Positions 52,077 through 64,000 of a stretch of 64,000 nt of DNA are shown here, in pieces (position 1 is the first letter of the stretch; the number at the start of each line of letters is the position of its first letter). The notes under the pieces were generated by a model. That model had not been told where the DNA came from, made no database searches, and saw only the letters and a program-made list of their open reading frames with translations. A program made the translations under genes and the position numbers. This DNA is from Eledone cirrhosa (taxonomy: Eukaryota). The DNA lies in contig OZ024752.1 of NCBI GenBank assembly GCA_964016885.1, positions 32,736,001 to 32,800,000 on the forward strand, read 5' to 3'.

Positions 52077-52794
52077 GAACGATCGACTTTCGTAAAATCG
52101 GACCGAGGGAACAATGTTTCCGTTGGTCTTTCCAATTGCTAATACTATCTATCGGTCGCAACTTCAGGTAGAAGGAGCAACGTGAAATAAAGTGTCTTGC
52201 TCAAGGACATAACGCATCGCCTGGTCCAGGAATCGAACTCACAATCGTAAGGTTGTGAGTTCGATGTGTGTGTGTGTGTGTCTGTTGGGTGAGAGAAGGA
52301 TCTATATATATATATACACACATATATATGAGTGTGTGTATAACAAAATGTGTTACAGTAAAGGAAACTTATCAATGAAATAAGTATAAAAATATGTTGA
52401 AATATATAAATACATAAATCTAAATCTAAATAGAGACATTATGTTGTGTTTTATTACTTGGTAAATGCACATTAGTGGAGGGTTAACTTTGCCTTTCATC
52501 CTTACGGGGGTTGATAAAATAAAGTACCAGTAATACACTGGGTAATTTGCTGGCCTTGTGCCTAAAGTAGAAACAGTTATTAATCAAAGTGTAAAAGAAA
52601 GAAAAGTAGCAACGCGATGATGATGATGATAGATAAATAAATAAATGAGTAAATAAAATAGGTCAGAAAATATAAATAATATAAATTAGTAAGAGACCTT
52701 CCAGCTTTTATAAGATTTTGCTGATTACCTACATTTAAGAAAACTCTTAAGAAACTCATAAGTCTGTCACATTTAGAATAATCAAGAGAAAATA

Positions 52795-53170
52795 AATGTC
52801 GACAACAACAACATCAACAATAAACAACAACAAGAGCCGCAAAAATAACAACAATAACAATAACAAAGACAACCATCGCAAAAATAACAATAAATGACAA
52901 TAAAAACAATGACGAAGACAACAACAACCGAAAAAATAACAATAAATGACAATAAAAACAACGACGAAGACAACAACAACCGAAAAAATAACAATAAATG
53001 ACAACAAAAACAATGACGAAGACAACAACCCCCGCAAAAATAACAATAAATGACAACAAAAACAATGACGAAGACAACAACAACAACAACAAGAACCCCT
53101 AAAATAATGACAATAAATATCAGCAACATCAAAAACAACAACAGCAACAACTATAGTAAAAGAACAAAAA
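52795..53170. repeat. AAC-rich minisatellite, unit about 52 bp
   Basis: aaaaaataacaataaatgacaataaaaacaatgacgaagacaacaacaaccg, about 4 copies. Confidence 0.85.
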
Positions 53171-53538
53171 CATAATGCTATTATCAATGATTATATTTAA
53201 ATAGTTTTTCTGAATAAATTTTATTTTCAATTTTAACGAGTCTGCCAGTCATTTTAAAAATTAACAAGTCTTGAATAATTCATGACTTTGGGCTACCTAC
53301 AAGGTAACACCACCATCCCCACACCCAACCCTAAAAGACAATAACAGAAAAAAAGAAAAAAAGAAACCCCTTAAAATAAAGTATGAAATGAAGACTGATA
53401 ACTTTGTTTAAAGTTTGCTGGCGGCGTCATCATGGATCGCAATAGCAGGATATGACGTAATTTTCAATGTGTGTTACTCTGTACAAGTAAATGCCAGTGT
53501 TTATGGCTGTGTTTGCTTCTGTACGGAACTTGTTGCTG

Positions 53539-53614
<76 letters not shown>

Positions 53615-53623
<9 letters not shown>

Positions 53624-53925
53624 TAAAATAACAGATTAAAGTTTAAGCAAAGAATCGCTGCTTTCACCCTTAACGGGATCTTCTGAAACTAACAAAGTCA
53701 ATCTGTAAACGCACCCGTCTTCCTCCGGTTGCAACGTTTTTTGAAATATCCACTTCTGCGTTTACAGATTGACTTTGTTAGTTTCAGAAGATCCCGTTAA
53801 GGGTGAAAGCAGCGATTCTTTGCTTAAACTTTAATCTGTTATTTTAATAAATATTTGCTCTACGGTTCTTATATATTTGATATATATTTTCCTTATCGAG
53901 CCCTCTTTGGATTTTAGTCTTCAAT
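53615..53925 (+). mobile_element. PLE fold-back module (family H) with variant HHRs at 53640-53690 (-) and 53780-53830 (+)
   Basis: AGTTT-CAGAAGA-T CCC GTTAA GGG T-GAAA-GCAG cgattct TTGC-TT-AAACT. Confidence 0.7.
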
Positions 53926-54047
53926 TTTTTTATTATTACTATATATATATATATATATAGTTATGTAATAAACAACATAAGGCAATTATTCCATTTACCA
54001 GTGGTTTCTTAAAAGCAAAAAATTTCCTGGTCTTTTCCGACGGAATT

Positions 54048-55010
<963 letters not shown>

Positions 55011-56089
55011 AGGATTAGAATACTGGAGCGTGTTGGAGTTAAACACCCTCTTCGTATTATAGAAATGACAGTAAAAGGTATAGCTCAATGCAGTTAAACA
55101 GAGCCAAAAAATTAAGAGAGTAAAACAAAGAATCCTTTAATACATCAAAAGTTTTTATTAGCCGACAATGTTTCGTCCTATTAAGGACTCATCAGGGAAA
55201 TCAAAACAACAAGAAGTAATATCGGCAGATACAAGCCGGAAGCTCCGAAGAATATGGAGTGTACATACACTAAAGTCTTGCAAAAATATATGATAATAAA
55301 AATAAAAATAAAAATAATAAAAAATATATAATAAGAATAACTAAGGATGTATATAACATTAAGAACCATATTACAAATATAGTCCAAAGCAACTAACCTA
55401 AATCTAAACAAAGGTGGTTATATAGAGCAGGAATTATATATAACACAATGTAATATAACATAATACATTATAATAATATACCTTTACCAACATTAAAATT
55501 ACAATTAAAAATCAAAAGGTACAATATATACATGTATATATGTGCGCACACACACACACACACACACACATATAAGGCCTAATAAGGCTTAATTTGTGTA
55601 GTTGAACATAGATGTGCGTATTGTTATATATATGTGTGTGTGTGTGTGTGTGCGCGCACATATATACATGTATATATTGTACCTTTTGATTTTTAATTGT
55701 AATTTTAATGTTGGTAAAGGTATATTATTATAATGTATTATGTTATATTACATTGTGTTATATATAATTCCTGCTCTATATAACCACATTTGTTTAGCTC
55801 TAGGTTAGTTGCTTTGGACTATATTTGTAATATGGTTCTTAATGTTATATACATCCTTAGTTATTCTTATTATATATTTTTATTATTTTTATTTTTATTT
55901 TTATTATCATATATTTTTGCAAGACTTTAGTGTATGTACACTCCATATTCTTCGGAGCTTCCGGCTTGTATCTGCCGATATTACTTCTTGTTGTTTTGAT
56001 TTCCCTGATGAGTCCTTAATGGGACGAAACATTGTCGGCTAATAAAAACTTTTGATGTATTAAAGGATTCTTTGTTTTACTCTCTTAAT
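55011..56089. mobile_element. Large PLE-type fold-back (family F) with HHRs at 55157-55202 (-) and 55998-56044 (+)
   Basis: Arms of about 460 bp; CC-CTGATGA-GTCCT TAAT (A/G)GGAC-GAAA-CATTG-TC-GG. Confidence 0.8.
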
Positions 56090-57477
<1,388 letters not shown>

Positions 57478-58674
57478 ATCACGATAAATTAACGGAGGCA
57501 TAGGCCGTCGTTATTCCCTGTAAATAATGTGCTCAAAGGGGAAGAGATCCTGAGCCCTTTAAAATATAATATGTTGAGAAGGTAACACACCAGAGAGAGA
57601 TATATAGTGCGTTATCAATAATACAGGGAAAAAAACCCACCAGTGTATGGAATCTATAACCTATGAAAGGCAGACTATAGACACGATAATTAAAAATATA
57701 AATTAAAGCGTAAATAAATACCTTTATAACTATATAACACACGTACAAATCCAAAGATATGTTTCACCAAAAAATTTGTTGAAAGAAATGGTCTAGTCTC
57801 GGTTCATCAGCGTGTGTAAGGCCATACATTTCAGACAACACTAAGAGAATTTTACAATTGACTGTCCAGCTACACGTGGGAGAGAGAAGTCACAGCGTGT
57901 TTAAGGGCAGTGAACCAGTGGCCTCTGAGAGACGAACTGCTAGAAAGGGCAGCCCAAAGCCACTCAGAGAAGTGTGCTCAACCAAACAGAGATAGGAAAG
58001 ACTGTTGTTAGGAGCGAAATATCACGATAAATTAACGGAGGCATAGGCCGTTGTTATTCCCTGTAAATAATGTGCTCAAAGGGGAAGAGATCCTGAGCCC
58101 TTTAAAATATAATATGTTGAGAAGGTAACACACCAGAGAGAGATATATAGTGCGTTATCAATAATACAGGGAAAAAACCCACCAGTGTATGGAATCTATA
58201 ACCTATGAAAGGCAGACTATAGACACGATAATTAAAAATATAAATTAAAGCGTAAATAAATACCTTTATAACTATATAACACACGTACAAATCCAAAGAT
58301 ATGTTTCACCAAAAAATTTGTTGAAAGAAATGGTCTAGTCTCGGTTCATCAGCGTATGTAAGGCCATACATTTCAGACAACACTAAGAGAATTTTACAAT
58401 TGACTGTTCAGCTACACGTGGGAGAGAGAAGTCACAACGTGTTTAAGGGCAGTGAACCAGTGGCCTCTGAGAGACGAACTGCTAGATCTTTGGATTTGTA
58501 CGTGTGTTATATAGTTATAAAGGTATTTATTTACGCTTTAATTTATATTTTTAATTATCGTGTCTATAGTCTGCCTTTCATAGGTTATAGATTCCATACA
58601 CTGGTGGTTTTTTTCCCTGTATTATTGATAACGCACTATATATCTCTCTCTGGTGTGTTACCTTCTCAACATAT

Positions 58675-58678
<4 letters not shown>
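57478..58678 (-). mobile_element. Tandem ~542-bp non-coding HHR units plus inverted arm (family G; pLTR tandem or retrozyme-like)
   Basis: Unit 1 57478-58020, unit 2 58021-58486, inverted 58486-58678. HHRs at 57737-57817 and 58279-58359: ACACACG-CTGATGA-ACC..GGT-GAAA-CATATC tttg GATTTG-TA-CGTGTGT. Confidence 0.85.
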
Positions 58679-58712
<34 letters not shown>

Positions 58713-58718
58713 TGTATA

Positions 58719-58767
<49 letters not shown>

Positions 58768-58769
<2 letters not shown>

Positions 58770-59420
58770 GAAATATAAGAATCAAAGAACTGTTCAAAAC
58801 ATTTTTGTGCTTACAAAATATTTCTCCACACACAGACTATAACAATCATATAAAGAATTTGCCACCAGATCAACCAACCCAACACTCTTGTTTACCTACC
58901 TAAGTTCTTCTACTACACGTAACTCTCTGCCACACTATATAAACAAGACGCACGTGCTTGCCACACATATAACATTTGCACTATATAACCGCTTATTTTC
59001 ATGTTGTATTTTAGCCTGTATTTTTGATTTTTGATTGTACCTTTTAATATGAATGTAATCTCTAAGTGTGTACTGCCACTCTAAATCCTGTAATGAATGT
59101 TGACCCACAATATTTGCATATGTATCTGTATGTATCTTGGGTGAAAAGGAGGTCATATAACTGTCCATTCATTAATAAATTGCTCCGAAGAATCCAAACC
59201 TCGGTTTGGAGGAAACAGTTGTAAGCACAAAAATGTTTTGAACAGTTCTTTGATTCTTATATTTCATATAACTGCTCTGTAAATCATCTGATGTTTTTAC
59301 ATTGAGCTACTTAACTTACTGGTAATAAGGTAGTAATATATTACTGCCTACCACTATTTAGGGTTTGTATAAAAAAATATATATAACTGCAAAAGGTTTT
59401 TGTATTTACATAACCATAAA
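58768..59420 (+). mobile_element. PLE-type module (family I) with inverted 5' arm and variant HHR at 59181-59227
   Basis: 58765-58816 inverted at 59219-59270; TGCT-CCGAAGA-A TCCAAAC CTCG GTTTGGA G-GAAA-CAGTTG-TA-AGCA. Confidence 0.7.
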
Positions 59421-59495
59421 TAGTATAATTAATACTATATATGTATATATATGTATATATATATATGTATATATATGTATATATATACATGTATA

Positions 59496-59548
<53 letters not shown>

Positions 59549-59745
59549 GTATATATATATGTATATATATATGTATATATATATGTATATATATATATAT
59601 GTATATATATATGTATATATATATGTATATATATATGTATATATATATGTATATATATATGTATATATATATGTATATATATATGTATATATATATATAT
59701 GTATATATATATGTATATATATATGTATATATATGTATATATATG

Positions 59746-59774
<29 letters not shown>

Positions 59775-59776
<2 letters not shown>

Positions 59777-60275
59777 GAGAAAGACCCACTTAAAAATAAA
59801 GGTGGTAGAAAAGCCAGGAACCACTATAAAATCCATGATCAGCAAAACCTACCCTTTTAAGAAAACCCACTGTACCAATAGGAAATGTATCATATGTAAG
59901 GTGAACCCCCGGATAAACTGTAAAACTAGAAACGTAGTCTATAGCATAAGATGTACAGAGGGTACTTGCAGAAACATGACAACAACATACATAGGTGAGA
60001 CAGCTCGTAGCATAGGTGAAAGGATAGACCAACACTGGGGGGAACTAAAAGGACGAAAAAATGGGTCAGTACTATACGAACATGCTAGACAACAACATGA
60101 CGGTAACATAGACAACATAGAAATTAGAATAATATCTAAACATAGGAATGACCCAGCAGATAGGCAAATCAGAGAGGCCAGTGAAATAGAAATTAGAAGA
60201 CCAAAGCTAAACAGAAAGAATGAGTGGAACAACAACAACACCCAAACAAACAACACTGACCTAAGAGAAGTATAA
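59775..60275 (+). CDS. PLE GIY-YIG endonuclease C-terminus (5'-truncated)
   Basis: C..RKCIIC...[12 protein letters not shown]...C...[16 protein letters not shown]...LYEH...H...RQIREASEI...LNRKNEW; 3'UTR runs to about 60797. Confidence 0.88.
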
Positions 60276-60533
60276 ATAAGTAAATAAAATTAAATTAAAT
60301 AAGATAAATAAATACATACACAAGCACATAAACACACACTAGTCACCCAGCAGACACAACACTATACACACTAGTCACACATCACACATAACACTATACA
60401 CACACGCAAACGCATGCGCAAAGAAGACAAAATAAAATAAGATAAACAAACAAGCAAATAAATAAATAAATATATAGACAGACTGAACAAAAAAAATGGC
60501 GTAGACATACAACACAACAGGAGGAACAATGAA

Positions 60534-60590
60534 TATAACACCACTGACGATGTTGCAGATGTGCAACGAAAGATTTATGTAAATTATGTA
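60534..60590 (+). ncRNA. Minimal hammerhead (family E) in the 3'UTR of the GIY-YIG fragment
   Basis: ATAA cac CA-CTGACGA-T GTTGCA GATG TGCAAC-GAAA-GATT-TA-TG taaa TTAT; helix III is plausible only as a dimer. Confidence 0.65.
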
Positions 60591-60895
60591 AACTATATAT
60601 ATGTGTTTGTGTCTATATTGTATCTGTATTATTTTTGACCGCCGGTCAGTCAATGGCAACATTGAGGACCGAGTAAGTTAGATCGCAGATATATATATAT
60701 AAAAGACAGCGAGAAGCGAAAACCAACCAAACAGTGAGTGTGTTCTGTTATTAATTCTGGCAATATTACGCAAATATGACCCTCCCCAAATATAACAATA
60801 TATATATATGTATATATATATATATGTGTATATATATGTATATATATATATGTATATATATATATATGTGTGTGTATATATATGTATATATATAA

Positions 60896-60973
<78 letters not shown>

Positions 60974-61198
60974 ATATATATGTATATATATATATATATG
61001 TGTGTATATATATGTATATATATATATATATATATACATATATATATAACGAAGGAAATGTGGTAAGGAACCAGATGTACCATAACGCACCAAAGTACTC
61101 AATACTTATGGTAGTAGAGTGGGTAATAGGAACGAGTAGGACCCCGACGGCTGAGCTCAAGCCGTTTCGACGGCTAATTCTGGATATGTATATATATA

Positions 61199-61231
<33 letters not shown>

Positions 61232-61237
61232 ATATAT

Positions 61238-61606
61238 CTAGGGCGGATAAAATTCCCGAGATCCATGGACGAGTTCTCTCCAGCGGTCTCTGTCCCTCAT
61301 TATCGCTGCCATGTCCTGCATCTCCAACAGACCAGTGTCTGTCCTTAGGGCATCAACATACGTTAACCTTGGTCTTCCTCTTGCTGTATATATATACATA
61401 TATATACATTTATATCTGGAGATCTCTCTGCACTTGTCGTCACATGGTACCATGGGCCCAGCACTGTGTGTCAATAATTGTCACAGGTGTAGTGTTTGTA
61501 CCAGAGTTTTCAAGTCGCTGGCTGGACTAAAAAGTCAGCGCATCGGTAGGGGTTCTCCTACATGGATATAAAGTAGTGGCCGTACTCGAAAACAAGTTGG
61601 CAGCCA

Positions 61607-61609
<3 letters not shown>
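61238..61609. mobile_element. RTE-X-like 3' end (61238-61382, -) and RTE 3' end (61410-61609, +)
   Basis: Match 2241-2385 and 6183-6390 respectively; separated by short TA tracts. Confidence 0.8.
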
Positions 61610-61682
<73 letters not shown>

Positions 61683-61870
61683 AAATAGCGTGCTGCGTGG
61701 TTGCGAGTGTGAAACATATGAATGAAAATAGAGCGAGAAACGGGACTGTCCGTCATCAGTGATCTGCTGACTATCATTGGTATTTCTTCGCATTAAAGAC
61801 CAGATACCTCAAAATCAGTGCGAGCAATAACTAAAATAAGTTATTGGGACAAAGCGAATTCGATGGAGAA

Positions 61871-61959
<89 letters not shown>

Positions 61960-63049
61960 ATAATAATACATTTGAAGACTAAAATCCAAAGAGGGCTCGA
62001 TAAAGATAAATATATATCAAATATATAAGAACCCTAGAGCAAATATTTATTAAAATAACAGATTAAAGTTTAAGCAAAGAATCGCTGCTTTCACCCTTTC
62101 ACCCTTAACGGGATCTTCCGAAACTATAAAAATCAACCTGTGAACGCAGAAGTAAATATTTTGAAAAACGTTGTAACTGAAGGAAGACAGGAAGACGATA
62201 CTTTGGTTCCTGGAAACGTTCCCTGGCAAAGAACGGAAAAAAACGAAGATAATACGTTATTATTTGGAGCGGTGAAAACAATTACACGCAAAGATAAAAC
62301 CACGTTAATGGTATAAATGAAGTCGTAGACTAAAATTCTATTTAGGAAACCGAATGATTCTCGGCTTCAGAGTTAAGAATAATGTAAATAAATTACAGAG
62401 GTAATTGAAATCAACAAAAATTAAATATATACATGCACGCATCCATATACGTACATACACGTGCATACGTCAAAACACCCGCCATGGGTATGCAAATACA
62501 AGCTCGTACACAAAAACACGCACGCACATACAGAACGCACGCAACGCCTGTACCCGCACACATACGAACGTATACACCAAATACACATAAAAATATATAT
62601 AAAAATATATATAAAAATATATATATATGTGTGTGTGTGTGTGTGCGTGTATACATATAATTATATAAACGTATATAAATATACACACATAAATACGTAT
62701 ATAACACACGCACACACATACCTACATGTAAATACACATATGTTCGCTAAACGTACGTCAACCAAAACACAAAGTACACATATACACACACGCTACATAT
62801 GTACGAACCCGCATACTCACACAGACGCAAAACTCACGTATACACATAACCATTTATACATGTACCAGTATATATAATATAATATATACACCTATAACAA
62901 ATACAAGCAAATATACGCACGAGAAAGTATCCGTACCTTCACAAAGCATACAGGTAATATATACTTACCTATACAAATAAGTAATGGTATAAACATAACA
63001 TATTCTTAGCTACCACATCAAGACGTAAAATATCCGCGTATAGTTCGTA

Positions 63050-63415
63050 CTATCCGTTAGGGTATAATGTGGGGCTGTAATACAGGAAAGTTTTGTTCAA
63101 TTTATGTTTACAAGCCGAAATTGCCTCAGATTATTTGTTTAAGATGTGGTCTTTGGCGTAGAGTATTTCCAGGGCTTCAGCGGCGCAGAGGTCACATGGT
63201 CTTTTATTTCCGTTTTGCGTTCTAGCTGTAGCTAGGATTTCCCAGTGTAACTTATATTGGGTGTGGTTGTCTTTTAGATTCCAGATATAAGCTTAAAGTG
63301 ACGTCATATTCCTTCTTAAAGTGTTAAGAAAAGAATGGGAATGCATGTAAAGACGCTGCTTGAATCTATTGGCGGTTAACCCTATGTTGACCCTACATGA
63401 TGTGGGTGTATCAAC
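63050..63415 (-). pseudogene. PLE GIY-YIG C-terminus with two in-frame TAA stops; 3'UTR runs to about 61972 with a variant HHR at 62067-62125
   Basis: Hand translation RVNIGLTANRFKQRLYMHSHSF...TSL*AYIWNLKDNHTQYKLHWEIL...CDLCAAEALEIL...ILNK*SE...CKHK aligns with the C-terminus of the 25929 ORF. Confidence 0.85.
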
Positions 63416-63453
63416 CTTTTCTTTGCTTAAACTTTAATCTGTTATTTTAATAT

Positions 63454-63505
<52 letters not shown>

Positions 63506-63520
63506 TGTGTGCGCGTGTGT

Positions 63521-63742
63521 CCCTTAACGGGATCTTCTGAGTTTCAGAAGATCCCGTTAAGGGTGAAAGCAGCGATTCTTTGCTTAAACTTTAAACAATG
63601 AGAACGGGAAAAACAGGACGTGGGTGTATCAACCTTTTCTTTGCTTAAACTTTAATCTGTTCTTATAATAAATATTTGCTCTACGGGTTTATATATATTT
63701 TATATATAATCCGCATCGAGCCCTCTTCGGATTTTAGTCTTC
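63521..63742 (+). mobile_element. Rearranged family-H module with variant HHR at 63540-63590
   Basis: Short fold-back 63521-63563, CAGAAGA core, family 3' end gagccctcttcggattttagtcttc. Confidence 0.65.
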
Positions 63743-63747
63743 CCCCC

Positions 63748-63778
<31 letters not shown>

Positions 63779-64000
63779 ACACACACATATATGCTTTAAA
63801 TTCTTCCAATAAAGCGGAGGCTTGTTTCTAACTAAAAAATTGTACTTCAAATACAACACTGCCGTTTTAATAAAATACACGTTGGGTAGCGTAGTTCTGG
63901 ATACATTTAAAGTTAATATGGAATAATAATCTAGAATAACTTCAGGAAAATCTCATCATTTTCTTCTTGTGAAGTTGTGAATGATGACACTCATGAATAA

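Noticed and set aside
61728-61775. Type II hammerhead-like order GAAA-CGG..CCG-TC-ATCA g TGAT-CTGCTGA
   Set aside because: The core has A6C, stem II does not close, and there is only one copy.
63050-63415. Selenocysteine-type recoding of the PLE in-frame stops
   Set aside because: Both stops are TAA, not TGA, so ordinary decay is more likely.

Overview
Very AT-rich, repeat-saturated animal DNA. The tRNA-derived SINE types, RTE LINEs and huge (TA)n/(CA)n arrays suggest an octopod cephalopod (inference). The only host coding sequence I can support is a terminal exon of a retinoblastoma-like p107/p130 gene (550-711, +). Most long ORFs in the track are microsatellite artefacts. Real mobile-element coding: a Penelope-like element (PLE; RT + GIY-YIG, 25929-27978, -), two more PLE GIY-YIG 3' ends (59775-60275 +; 63050-63415 -, absent from the ORF track), a near full-length frameshifted RTE/BovB-type LINE (38596-42800, -) and several RTE-X-like and CR1-like 3' fragments. 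The main unannotated signal: by eye I find 21 type I hammerhead ribozyme (HHR) motifs in about 10 sequence families (14 with the canonical CUGANGA/GAAA/UH core, 2 with a lost cleavage U, 5 with U4 replaced by A, G or C), plus half-motifs. They sit in short PLE 3'-end/pLTR modules inserted into (TA)n, usually as fold-backs. Three families are physically linked to PLE ORFs, one forms a 542-bp tandem retrozyme-like unit, and one copy lies on the sense strand in the likely 3' UTR of the pocket-protein gene. All RNA structures were paired by hand; none was computed or tested.
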